Below are positions 42,680 to 57,040 of a DNA stretch of 64,000 nucleotides, one piece after another (position 1 is the stretch's first letter; every line of letters begins with the position of its first letter). The stretch lies in assembly GCA_032718475.1 (NCBI GenBank), contig JAUCBJ010008895.1:26735-90734 (forward strand), given 5' to 3'. Origin of the DNA: Nemertoderma westbladi (taxonomy: Eukaryota > Animalia > Xenacoelomorpha). Below the pieces are notes generated by a model. That model ran no database searches. It was not told the DNA's origin and worked only from the letters and a program-made list of their open reading frames with translations. The translations under genes were made by a program, and so were the position numbers.

Positions 42680-43566
42680 TAATTAATTGTGCAAATTGAA
42701 ATTATGTTTTATTTTGATCTTAATGATGTTTCGTTAATTAACACATACACGTACATTGTGTTTCCATCTTTCATTTACAAACTGCTTTTCTAGGATTTTG
42801 GGTAGTTTGCCCTGTGAAGGCATTGGTTGCCGACAGTATGGTGTAAACTCTATGCCGACATGTGAAAGTAGAGAACCAACAGCCGGCAGCTCAGTTTTAT
42901 ATACGTTAAGTTATAATTTCATTTTCCGTTTCATATTCATTTTCTAGTTTCATTTTGTCCATAATAACGGATGTCAGTTGTCTACTGGCGGTGTAGCGTT
43001 CTCACCAGCCGACAGTGTGTGTCTCTGTATTACTGTCTATCTATGCCACTCAGATATTTATTATCCTATGATGTATATATAGAGAGAGAACTGGTATCCT
43101 GTTATACTAGAGGGCTGTCCAACATTTTCTCATCCATGCAATTCGAAGTAGGAAATGCATTAATTATAAATAATAGTAAAACAGTCTAGGCCTACAACTG
43201 TTTTACTGCCATTGTGTATTGTTGTTATTCCTGTCTTGTATAAAAAACATATTAAGAAATAGTGCTATTCCATTTGATCTTCTCAAATATCTGTATATAA
43301 TAAGTTGCTGACATCAAAAATTTATTGGGAAAAAAACCACCAAATCACTTCCACCCTTATCAGTCCATTAGCGTTATCAGTAAATGTGGATGTAAGTATT
43401 GCTACTACTCCCTGGCCTGGCAAACCCACAGCAATGGTGTGTGCCGGTGATAAAATCGATGTTTGCATAACATATGCCTTTATTATAACTATAAAGTATG
43501 AGCTGATTTGTTCGTTATCTTTAGTACAGGAATTGCACGGAGTGGTTTATGTTCGTCGTTAAATCA

Positions 43567-43636
43567 CCATATATGGGCATATTTTGAGATCGTTTGAAAC
43601 CCCGGAAGTTTAGACTCTCACAGAGGTGTATATAAG
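43567..43636 (+). promoter_or_regulatory. Actin promoter: CArG box, ETS site, TATA box
   Basis: CCATATATGG at 43567-43576 (CC(A/T)6GG), CCGGAAGT at 43602-43609, TATATAAG at 43629-43636, and an Inr-like CAGT ~30 nt downstream. Confidence 0.75.
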
Positions 43637-43697
43637 GGAGAGAACGCAAGGTACTTTCAACAGTCGTGTCTAGATACCGATAACTAACTGTTAATAG

Positions 43698-45264
<1,567 letters not shown>

Positions 45265-47173
45265 CTCATTTCATGAATAAACAAAACTTCTGTACTATTT
45301 TATTGCGTAATCATGTTAAGCTAATTATTTATCATTTGCTACATAATAATTATTTAAACATATATGTAGGTATGTTTAATATTTTAATAGAATCGTAATA
45401 ATAAATTACTATAAAAGTCATATTCAGTCTATCTATTCAAAATTTTCAATAAGTCTTTAATAATAGTGGTTCATGTGTTATAAGTTAAATTGGGGAAAAC
45501 ATTTCACAAGAGTTTTCCGCAACGACAAAAACAGCATTATTGAGAAATGTTGCCTTTTTTATTATTGGATAAAAACAATAAAACTAGTTAAAGTTCAGAA
45601 AATAAATAAACTATTATCATTTTTCATTTAGAATTTACCACAGTTCAAAACCACGAACCATTAATAAGACAGAAAATCATGTAAATAAATTATATTATCA
45701 AGTTTGTATTTCCAGAATGGCATCAACAAATCATATATTTCCGAAGCGTCCACAAAGACTCGATATCATTTTATTAAATTTTATCGCAATCGTATTTGTA
45801 TAATCTTTAAATCACCATGAACATGAATCCAATTGGCCAGCTGATAAGGGGTCACGTGGTAAAGGAATTTAGGTATCTGGGTGCCCAGAATATTGGTTCC
45901 ATAAGATTCGTTATCGATGTGGAATTCCATCTAAATAAATAAAAACTACATACAGATAAAATGAAAAATAAGGCAAAATTAAAATCACATCTCGAACCTT
46001 TAACTAACCAAACACCTCTGTTTTAACTTGGGACCCTTTGGACTTAAGGAGGAGATTCATTCATTTTAGCCCTTTCAGCCTGCAATTTGATGTAGAAAGA
46101 CCTTTACTAATAACATAAATAATTTTAAGAGACTCGCTTATGAAAGTGAGCCACTCCCTTACCAATGCAATTTGCCTCGGATTGAAACAACACTTTCGCG
46201 AGAAGCATGTCGGAGGGTCGCAGGTTCTAAAATGGATCGTCGTTAATTTCTCGATTATATTACTATAGAATATATTAATTATGGAACGGTGTAACAGGAT
46301 GATATCCATCATCTATGCCACCTTTATCAAACAAACAGGGACCGTACGCTCATTAAATTTACGTTCTTATATTACCCCTGCGGAAATCAGTGGCAGTACC
46401 GTCAATACTATTTGTAATCATATTATTTATTGTTGGCTCATTAACCTCCTGTCAGATAGAATCACTCGACACCTACTACTATAGGACTTGCTTAGTCTGG
46501 GTAATTATGTCAGTAATGAAACTCGCTTTGATGTTGCAACAATCTCGGGATGACTCACTTGGGCATGCTGGAACACGCAGCTCGTATCGCAATATCTCCT
46601 GCCAGACCTTAAATTATTAACTATCTATGATTATATTAAGGATAGTCTTTGGCCTCGTTTTAAGTCTCAACCATTAACCATTGATTACCATGGTGCAGAA
46701 GGAATGATGCCGAATTTATATGGAGCTGTTATGGACAAAACAACATTCCGTTCACAGAGCGACATGATCGCATTCTAGAATACTATAATATTATGTAACC
46801 TCGAAATACACGAACTCGTCGCCAAACAATATACCGGTATGTTGCATTTTTAATAGTGTTTTCAAATCTATTTTACTGCTGATGCTTTGAAAATAACAAA
46901 AAAATTTAATTCATAATTAGATGCCGGTTGTATCGGATGTTGGCGCCCTTGTGCGATCGATATTACGACAGTCGCCATGAGTTTAGAATTAATTACATAA
47001 GATTACACATCTCTATTATAGAGATCTGCCACGATCTGATTGGAAAATGACTCGTACGCAATCATTACGACGAAAGAACTTACATCGTAGAGAAAAGTAA
47101 TTATTTATACAAACAACAAAAAGTCCAAACAAACTATTTTTATTTACTATAATCATCTGGGCAGCTAATTAAC

Positions 47174-50100
47174 CTGAAATTGTTCTCCTTTTATGAACGG
47201 TAGAATATTTATTGTAGTCGGTTGTGTCCAGATTCCATTACATCGACTTCTTTGTTCCATAACACCCGCTCCAAATTTTACCATGAGTTGGTAAGCGACG
47301 TCACATATATACAACGATTCATCTGTCTGTATATTAAAGTAGCACCTAAAATATGTGATATAGAAAAACAACAAAGTATTTTTATGTGAAATATTTAAGT
47401 ATTTAGCAGCAAAAAATTGAAAGGGTTTTGTTTGAATTAAATTTGTTCCTATTCTGTAACGGATTTCAAGATTTATTCAATAAAACGGCTATCCTATGTA
47501 AGTTGTGTAAGTGTGTAGTGCTGCGGGTGATGTATTGCTGCGGGCGCTGTATTGCTGTAATCAGGCATTAATTAATTTTAAAATGAAATAAGTACAAACT
47601 CTAACTAAACTATTTTCCGCATGATAATTTTATTTGGGTTCTGACCTTACCTACTGTACTAACAGTCCCATGAAGCCAACACTAAATCTGCCTTTACCCT
47701 AAATAAATAAAATTTGGGGCTGTAAGTATAAATTTTGTAAATTCGAAATTATTGTGGTATTGGAGATATTCTTCAAATAATAAATTTCTTATTTTGTTAT
47801 TGACACCACTTGTTAAGTCTTCTAACTTGTGCTGGATTTAATGTAACTATTTCAATGATAAACACACCTCACAGCTTTAGGTTCAATGTATCCATTGATG
47901 AGAATCACCCGTCCTGGTTTCAGTTCCCCAAGTATATTAAAGTCAACAGGCAGGTTTGGGTTCATTAAAGGCTGAACTATTGCCTGGGTTGCCTACAAAA
48001 TAATGAAATAATATATTCATAAAATCTAATTTTCCAGGGGGCAATAATTATTGTCCTCGGGTTAATTAATGGTCTGGTGAGCAATTATAGTCCGGGGGCA
48101 ATTGTCATTGCTCAGTTATTTTCACATCAACCGGTAAGCAAGTGGTAAACTATCCGTTGGCATGGAGGTGGTATACTAACTTTTATATTATCATACCCAC
48201 TGACAGAGACTCATCCTAAATGTAGCGAGAAATAAAAACGGATGCTGATAAAACTAAAAGAAACTGCCACCAGATAAACATGTGACAAACATAAACACCA
48301 AAAAGAGAGAAACGTGATTTCAAATATCTATCTACCGGTACTTCTTGCTAAAAATTTAACTATCAAAAACAACTTACTGGAATTTTCATTATAATCTTGT
48401 AGATTTTAACATCCCCATCAACAAATACTGTGTCGGCATTTTCTATTGATAGTCGATGTTTGTAGTTTATTAGCTGTTGGTTATTTATGGAAGCGGTGTA
48501 GTGAGTATCAGTTACTATAACATAATAATGTAATTTTATTAAATAGTCAATAATATCACATCTCATGGAATATTTTAAAAGATTAATTAAATAATAATAC
48601 TGTAGAATCAGAACTGCACCACCCCGCCCCATTCAACATTTTCGAAATAAGTTCAAAAGTTTTACAAATTTGTTGCCGATACTGGACTCGTTCACCGTGG
48701 GGCCTCCACACATGAATAGGTAATAACTACATATTTACATACTGTACTTGTGTGTAAAGTAGCTGTTACAATTTTGGAATAAAACTACATACAGTACATA
48801 CTAGTTGCAAAGTACTTTACAGTGTTCCGATCCTCGTGGCTTTATTTTCACTCACTCACTAAGTTCGTTCGTGTAACAAAGCCACTCGGATCATCACACT
48901 GTAAAGTACTTTGCAACTAGTATGTACTGTATGTAGTTTTATTCCAAAATTGTAACATTACGAAATGATAGTATATATATTATAAGTGATAGAAACTGTA
49001 CGAATTAAATTAGTTGCTGTATAAATAAATGTAAAAATGTCATAAATTATGTTATAAATAAGTTATTAGTTTATATTTATGGTGGCGTTTGGAGCCATGT
49101 TATAATAATATAGCTAGGCCGAACTGGTTATTAATAGCTATACCCCGCCTACCGGTAGGTAATGCAGTAGGATTATCTGGCTGTCAGGCAATAAATATTA
49201 AATACCACCTATTGTTTACATGGTAACCATGACAGCGAAACTTTACAGCTCGCGGTCCGGACATTACATAACCAATCAATACTAAATGTACAGGCCAATA
49301 ACAATACTGTAATGTCCTCTAGAGTTGTAAGGTGCTAAATGACAACTCGCTATTAATAAACGGCGTTGAGTAATGTTACAATTTTGGAATAAAGTATGTT
49401 TACCAAAAGGGTAACACAATTTATGTAAACTGTTGCCTAGTCACCCTCTAGCGGGATATTGTAGAACTCATGAGTCATCACCTAAAGTATATTTAAACAA
49501 TCCGCTTACCATAGTAAGGTATTTCTAAAATAAAGTTGCAGTATGCATGTGTTGTTGTCAAGTACTCAACTATGTCAAGTTACCGTAATGTAGTTTATAG
49601 TAATGTTTAAAAGCTAACATAATATTATAAGTTTATAAATTATAATGATAATCATAAACTTACATGAAATATATATTTTGAATGGTTCTCCTTTCCTCAA
49701 TGCGTTCATCTTTCTGTCTGTTACTCTTTGCTCCCCACTAACAAAATTACTAATTAAAACATGATCTTTCTCTATTTCGCTATCAATTTGAAAACTAACA
49801 TTAACAACATTACTATTCAACGGCTGGCCTTCCTGAAATCTTATTGATAATCTATAAAATGAAAAATGAGAATGTAGTCTGTATTCTGTAAAAAAAATCT
49901 ATTAAAATAACGATTTATTTTACAAAAATAAAAGTACTATTTTTTTGTGCTCCTTTTTTATCCGTATTTTCGAGGAATAGTAAGAATGTGCACATTTTTT
50001 CCGAGGCGTAGCCGAATCATATATTTTTTTTAATTTTTAAAAGAAAACATATTATTTTTTAGATGAAAGAAAATCCATAGTTATTGGATTTACAGTGAAT

Positions 50101-51723
50101 CTAATAGATATTGTATTATTATTATATTTCTATTTACGACTAGGCCCTCCATGCACATGAAACACAAAGTATTTTAAAACATACGAGCATAGGGGCCATA
50201 TACTAACCGGCTTCCAGAAGCTAAGCCTTCCAGGTATACTATCGTATCGGGCTGCATACACCCTGGCACTACGTGTTTCCAAGGTAGCGAGGGATTAAAT
50301 GCTTTTATTGTTCTAGAATCTGCGGAATGTTGTAGTAACACCCGATATAGAGTTACACTGCCGTCTATATTGATTCGTTTAACTAAAGTTGGAGATATCA
50401 AGTGGTCGTAGGAAGCCATCTGGTGTCCGTTTATGTAAATCTGTGTAATTTACAGATATTATGTAGGCCTTAATCACTTACGCATCAAACTGAAGTAAAA
50501 AATAGATATAAACCTTTCTGAAACTATATACACCATATCCATGGATACAGTGTCTAAATGTCGTAGTATATTCATATGATGATTCACATTTTATGCAATT
50601 TCATTATGATCTCTTAAAAATAATTTTTCAATTAAAATTGAAAGTTTCAAGAACAAAATTTTATAAAATCTTGATACGCTATTAATTTGTCAATAATCAA
50701 TATCTAACCTTGAAAATATTGGATAATATTTCGATCTCCATTGTAAATGCGGTATCTGGAAGGAATGGAAAGAAACCGAGTAGAGATTGTGGGTTAACCC
50801 AGGATCCGTCGATGAAGCTGGTGAATTCAACCCGTTGTGATATAACCTTAACGTGAACCGACATAGCAACAACCAGGTCGCTAGGGTTACCATTGTCAAA
50901 ACCTACCGAGAAACTGAAACAATAACTAATTTTTACATGGAAAATAGATAGTTTTTTTACTGGTGACCCCGATATGTATATAATTAGCGATATTTTACAG
51001 TAGTAGGCGTAACTCTTGGTAATATCACCTAAGATGTATTTGAACTTGATGGTAAAAATTTTCGCAACTTTCGTAAAAAAATTCGCCAATTTTATGTCAA
51101 TAAGTTGTCTTTGTTTCACTTCCAACATAGCATTTAGTCGAATAAAGTTCAAATCATTATTCATGAAACACCGGTTGTAAATCAGTTAAAAACTCACTAT
51201 TTTAGAATATTATGTTAAGACTTTTACTTGTTCGCTTTACAAAGAGGCAACGTACACTACGCTATAATGGCCCGTTTCCTCGCAGCTTTTTCAATGAGCT
51301 GTATTTCAAGCTTTCTTTTGAGCTTTTTTTTTAAGCTTTCTTATTTTTCTTATTCTTTTTTCTTGCTGTTTTTCTAGCTTTTTTTGAGCTTTATTCTATA
51401 TTTTAGGTTTTAGCATTCGAAAATTCTCAGATTCATCTTGAAGCAATTAATTTATAGAAATTGTTTTAACTAAAAAGCTTAAAATAAAGCTCAAAAAAAA
51501 GCAGCGCGGAAACGGGTCTTAATGCCTGTAGTCTAAAATAAACTATAGGGGGGCCTATACACAGGCAATTCGTGAAACAATATAATTTAATTAGGTAAAT
51601 TAATATAGAAATGATTGTATATTCTACTTACGATGACGAGTTTAGTGGGACTACTCCGTCTACGTACAGAGTATGCCCGGGAGTGAGGCCTCCTGTCGGT
51701 GTGGACAGTGAGAAAGGAGCTTC
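47174..51723 (-). CDS. Divergent galectin-like protein with three tandem CRDs (start and final exons not located)
   Basis: Exons 51632-51723, 50709-50913, 50208-50440, 49664-49851, 48378-48514, 47868-47992 and 47174-47345 all have AG/GT ends and compatible phases (1152 nt, 384 aa). Motifs: GGLTPGHTLYVDGVV, FPFLPDTAFTMEI, IYINGHQMASYDH, YKHRL...VDGDVKI, GELKPGRVILINGYI, NGIW, LPFIKGEQF. Confidence 0.8.
48764..48957. repeat. Foldback element with perfect 62-bp arms
   Basis: 48764-48825 is the exact reverse complement of 48896-48957. Imperfect inner arms GATCCTCGTGGCTTT / AAAGCCACTCGGATC. Confidence 0.92.
51268..51519. mobile_element. PIF/Harbinger-like MITE
   Basis: Imperfect TIRs GGCCCGTTTCCTCGCAGCTTTTT / AAAAAGCAGCGCGGAAACGGGTC, TAA target-site duplication (51265-51267 and 51520-51522), internal AGCTTTT subrepeats. 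Confidence 0.7.
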
Positions 51724-52064
51724 CTGAAAAATAAATGTCAATAAACATAACGTTTTATTATACTGTTTGCAATATACCGTAAATCTGTGAGTTAAATACA
51801 AATTATCGCCATAAATTTATTGCATTGAGTGCGTTCGTATACTGTACAGTACAATTATTGTGAACTAGTTTATCTTCAACATTGTAATGTACTTGTTCAA
51901 CCTACTGTAGGAATCTACTATCTATTCATCATCGGCATGATGTATTGCACACGCATTAAGAAAGCAATGCAAACAAAATATCGACAAAATTGCACCGCCA
52001 CAACAACTCCTTATCACCTCATAACTTTTAGCATTCTTGTGTATGTGTCATCTAGAGATTGGGT

Positions 52065-52990
52065 GTCTTTAACAGCCTAGCATGGTCTCCCATATAGAAC
52101 ACTTATGGTTCTACTGATGCTACACATAATCGAATCTTAAGTTGGCGTTGTATTCTATGTGACTACCAAATCCTGGACAGCCCATCCAATGCTGCCCTTA
52201 CCTACCCCTTACGTATTCGAAGTCATCCACATGCTTCAACCATCCTTTGAGTTTATGCTCATACGCTCAGACATTTATTGAGGGCTGTCGAAGTTAACTA
52301 TCAAAATTGTGGTCTCCTCAGAGTTTACAAGAGGACCAACACTAGAAGCAAGCTGCTATGCTCCAATGAGCAGAGGAACCTTTGGGCTCCCTCTAGTGAT
52401 TCTGACAGCACTCAGTCATCAGCAAAGTCTAGATCAGTAAGGTGCTTGCCTGGATTTCCTTGACTTCTATGGCCAGTAGGTGGTGTTACCATCACCCCAT
52501 CTTTAAAGATGGTACTGTAAAACGATATTCGTAGAACATAATCAACCACAATTATGAACAAGAATGATGCAAGTGTGTCACCCTGAAGGACTGACTCCCC
52601 ATAACACTTCGAGTGGATCTGTGTCACCATCAACAGTAGACACAAATGTTGTCGAAGGTCGAACCATCGTATACTGATCTGATTGCTGCATTAATTTCCT
52701 CAGGAATCCCATATAATGAAAGTTTGCTGAACATACGTGATCGAGAGACTGAAACGAAGGCCTTGAAGGAGTCAACAGACTTTTTCAACAAACAAACAGT
52801 AAAGAAACCGAATTTTTATATGTTGAAAACTCTTTAAAATTAGCCTTCTAAGCGCCAGAATAGACTCCATAAAGTGTGGTTGTCTTGTCCTTCTTGGCAC
52901 CAACTTATTTGTTTTCATTTCTTGTGGAACTCTCTTCGTTCTGTACATGTATGTCTGTCGATTAATATAGGGTGAATGAGCTCCAAACAC
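52065..52990 (-). mobile_element. Decayed non-LTR retrotransposon reverse transcriptase fragment (RTE-like)
   Basis: Frameshifted pieces ILALRRLI, VDSFKAF, YGIPEEI, VLQGDTLASFLFIIVVDYVLR, LTDLDFADD, VDDFEY, LKIRL. Confidence 0.85.
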
Positions 52991-53074
52991 TCTGTCTGGT
53001 ATTTGTAGTAAAGCATTATTAGAAGGAATCTACTATGTAGTACAACAACACTAAACATTAAATTTGAGCTGTTC

Positions 53075-53581
53075 CTATAATCTCGAAGTGTCTAAACTAA
53101 AGGTGTGCCCCGTTTCCCCCCAGTGGTTAAATACTGCTGAGTTCCTCGGAGGATTAAACTGTTTTCGCACTAATGACCTGCCTGTGTGTTCACACACGCG
53201 AACCGCCAATTGTCTTTCGGTTTCACCGACATAGGAAGCAGTACAACTTCCACAGGTAAATTTATAAATGACATTGGAACGTATGTGCGATGGAAGGCGG
53301 TCTTTATACGAAAACATGTCTGATATTCTACGTGTAGGTTTAAGTATAACGTTAAGATCTATGTGCGGAAAGGCTGAGCGGAATAGTTTGGAAATTCGAG
53401 ATTTCAGTTGTAGGGCGTGTTTGCCAGTGTAGGGAAGTACAAAAACAATTTCACGTTTCTTAACCGTTGCCATGGTAGACTTAGCACTATGGTAGCGGTC
53501 TAGAACGTGCTTAGTGAATTTGTTTAGAAGCGAGATGGGATAGCCATTCTTAGTTAGGATTGTGGATAGTTTATTTAAATC
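53075..53581 (-). mobile_element. Penelope-like element fragment with GIY-YIG endonuclease
   Basis: ILTKNGYP, VLPYTG, SYKDRLP, NVIYKFTCGSCTASYVGETERQLAVRVCEH and SAVFNH are typical of the PLE C-terminus. Confidence 0.9.
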
Positions 53582-55016
53582 CTAAACATTAAATATATTT
53601 ACGTAAAAGAACCTACCTGTACTACCTAAGAACCTACAGAGTATAAAATACTCTGAATTAGTGTTAGTTGGTTAATCTTTAGGCCCTACTATATAACGTA
53701 TTTGCTACCAACCTCTTTGATAACGGGTAAAATAAACTCGGGGGTTAGTGGTCGATTTGCCATTAAAAATTAACAACATAAAAAATTAAAAAAGTTACCG
53801 GTATAAAAATAAAATGTCAAAGGCCACGCATATTATAAGATAATATTCAAAAGGAAATGAAACATAATTCATGAACTATTTCATGATTATTACAATTTCA
53901 AAATAATTAACAATGTTAGGTCTTATCGAATTCATTTTTCGTGTTGTGATACTATTTGGTTATTTAAATATTTGAACAAAAGCCACTCTACACCCCCCCC
54001 CCCCCCCATCCCCATATTCCCGCCCCAGAGACAAATGCGCTAAAAAGTAGCCCTTAGAGACAGCTAGTGTAAAGCGTTTAGCTCGAAGCCGTTGCCAAAT
54101 TAGCCTTCCGGTGATAGAAGAGACTTACGCCAACTGAACTTACTACTCCTGTGCCAACCAAAATAATCGTACATATCCTACGAAGGGCAAATAATTCATG
54201 TTTGAGTCACTATTGGGCCTAAAAATGCGTAACTAAATGGTTGCTTGGAAACCTCCAATAGAAACAATGCTCTTATTTGTATTTTTGGCACAGAAAAGAA
54301 AGCGTTAAAGATGATATTAATATTGATTTAGATTCATGTTTAGAGTGGATATACAATTTCGGTATAAGGTGCCAAATTATCTATTTTGTAAGTCCTCCAA
54401 ATATAGTCACCCATCAACATTGATATTACATATATATTATCGTATTCATTATAGATAATATATTTATAATAAATTAATTATATTTCGTCATTCTATACTT
54501 TAAAGTAACCTCTTTTTTTTTAATTATACCAATATGATAGTATGAATTAAACTGGAAAAAATAAAATCTGAACAATTTATTAATATAAGTATATTTTATA
54601 ATAATTAGTAAAAATAGCAAATCATATATAAATTTATTAAAATATAAATAATAAAAGACAACATAACAAATATCAATTAGTATTTTAAGGTTATGTAATT
54701 AGTAAAGATAATTAATTTCAATTAGTTTCAAATACAAATTATTAAGGAATTTATTTAAAAATCATTAGAGTTTATAGTAATTATAAATATAAGTGATTTT
54801 AAGGGAAATTAATGTTAAATCTGTTATTTAAGGTCTTTCTGTCTGTCTGTCTAACTATTCATTTTGAATTTGTGTTTATTTAAATTTGTCCAAAAATTTT
54901 ATATTATACACCTGTATATATAATTACAAATTTATTTAAAACTCAACCATATTCAGGGTAAAAATTATTATCAGTATTTAATATCATTGAACAAAATCTC
55001 GAGGAAAGGATCCAGT

Positions 55017-55718
55017 ATGTTATTGTTATTGGGTGTTTGTTTGTTCTCGATATCGTTTCAGGGGGTCGAATCGCAATTTGGGTTCCAAACTTCAACTCTA
55101 TCCAGAGAGGAACTGGATGAGCGAAACAAAGATTACGCTATTAGAAACAACACCGTGCTAATTACGATTGGGAACGTAGCGAGGAAGGAGGATTTCAACG
55201 AGACCGAGCTCTACCTTATAAAGAGCATGGTAGCGTTCTCGTTCCGCCGCTACTGCGATGATTTCCGTTTCAGTGGCAACTGTTTCGGGGGTCAGAATAA
55301 GAACATCACGACTCTGTGCGTTGGGGTTGTCGGGGAGAAGGATACCGGTATTCAGTACCGGAGCCCCAACGTTTATCTACCGGTTTACTTAATGGACCCC
55401 GAGTACAACCGAACCGATGTTCTCGCACAGAAATCCGCCCTGCGAGAGGCGCTTCTTATGAATATCCGCTTCCTCGACAAGGTTTACGAAGGGTGGATCC
55501 GGATGGAGGATATGACGCCGACCTACCGCCCGCGGACCTACGAGGAAGAACTCGAGATCCGAGAAGGATCGCTCGAGAATTGGGTTTACATTTGTATCGG
55601 GGTGATTATCCTTATGCTCATCGTTCTTTTTGTATTGATCATCGTCGCTTTCATGAAGAAAAGAAAACAAGGACAAATTGACTTAGAGAGGAAAAGATTA
55701 GACTCTGAAAACTTGTAG
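55017..55718 (+). CDS. Uncharacterised type I single-pass membrane protein, 233 aa, intronless
   Basis: Signal peptide-like MLLLLGVCLFSISFQGVES, several N-x-S/T sequons, TM WVYICIGVIILMLIVLFVLIIVAFM followed by KKRK. GC-rich ORF in very AT-rich flanks. Confidence 0.75.
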   Translation: MLLLLGVCLFSISFQGVESQFGFQTSTLSREELDERNKDYAIRNNTVLITIGNVARKEDFNETELYLIKSMVAFSFRRYCDDFRFSGNCFGGQNKNITTLCVGVVGEKDTGIQYRSPNVYLPVYLMDPEYNRTDVLAQKSALREALLMNIRFLDKVYEGWIRMEDMTPTYRPRTYEEELEIREGSLENWVYICIGVIILMLIVLFVLIIVAFMKKRKQGQIDLERKRLDSENL

Positions 55719-56097
55719 CTCTCCGTATTTTAAAAACTGAAATATTATGCATTAATTTGAAATATATTTTATTCCAAAATTTATACATGAATTATCTGTT
55801 GACTATAAGCCTAGGCCTAATGACTGCACTTTTGAATATTGCGCGAGTTTTTCAAACTACTGCAGGTAGACCTACAAAATGTTGTATATCGATGCACTCA
55901 ATATGTAATTCAAGCTTTTCTAAAGAGATATTTATTTTAATGTGTTGTTTGTCAATTTCACAAACTTGGAATAAAACCATTGTACTTATTTATATCAGTT
56001 TGAATATGTTAACAAATTGCTATATCAACAAAGAATTCACTCCCAACCAACATAATTATAAAGTATTGTTACGATAAAAAAATATTGAAAATATATT

Positions 56098-56230
56098 TAT
56101 TACATGGGAAAAAAGTAGAACTTTTTTTCACTATTCTCGAGGCATTTTATTTACCGAGCCACATCGAGGTTAATAAAGGGTCGAGGAAATATTGACAAAA
56201 AAATGTTCTACGTTTTTTTCCCATGTAATA
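56098..56230. repeat. Imperfect foldback (hairpin-type interspersed element)
   Basis: TATTACATGGGAAAAAAGTAGAAC ... GTTCTACGTTTTTTTCCCATGTAATA inverted arms with inner TCGA/TTATT inverted motifs. Confidence 0.7.
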
Positions 56231-57040
56231 CGTAATTTTATTCTTAAATTGGTACTTTTTTGTTGCTTAATTTTTTAATAAAACGTACAGACTGACAGAG
56301 ATAGTGGTACAAAATAGATTGAACTATAGTATTATTGTATTGCTTCCATAGTTACTACAATTCAAATTACTGTAGGCCTACTCTTCAACTCCTGATGCTG
56401 ATGCTGCCTTACTCAACGTTAAATAATTTAGTGTTGTTATTTAGTGTTGTTTATTTAGAGAGCCGCTTAACAACATAAACCAATATTGGATATTGAGTTC
56501 CCCTTTGGAGTACGCCGCGCAGACACTAAATTTGCCATAACTTTTGAGTGTGTGCATGGATTCTGCTTAAATTACGTGCAAAACTTTTCTACGTCGATGC
56601 TCTTTCAACACAGTTAATAAAATGTAAGAAATTCGACCAAAAATATTTTATTTTACTTTTTTCGACGGGAAAAAAGTAAAATAAATGCAATGCAATGGAA
56701 AAACGAAAAAGTCAAACTTTTTCTCCCGATTTTGGTCTAAATTCGAGCGAAAAAGAAACAATTTAAGAATAAAAGTACTTTTTATCAGTATTTTCCCTTA
56801 CTCGAAATCCAACTGATATGTCTCAGTGTATTGAACTTTGCAAAAAGTTGGAAGGTTTGGGCTAAAAGCGAGTGTAAAACTCAATACACTCGGACTCGGT
56901 GGTGGAGAACAAGGTCTTTATCATTCCGATACGTTTTCATTGTTAGTGAATATAATTTACTGTTTGCTTGCAACATCTAGGTCACTATTGCTTTTTTCTT
57001 TCTGTACATACCTACCGGCAAGATGTTTTACTTCACTTGT

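Noticed and set aside
45715-46780. Coding-like fragments on the + strand, including the hydrophobic ORF 46390-46620
   Set aside because: Stops and frame changes, with no consistent splice model or recognisable family.
47660-47700. Possible galectin mini-exon (RFSVGFMG)
   Set aside because: Not needed, since 47868 joins 47345 in frame with a galectin-like alignment; the acceptor is weak.
50914-51164. N-terminal half of track ORF 50697-51164
   Set aside because: Lies upstream of the TTTCAG acceptor at 50914; treated as a fortuitously open intron.
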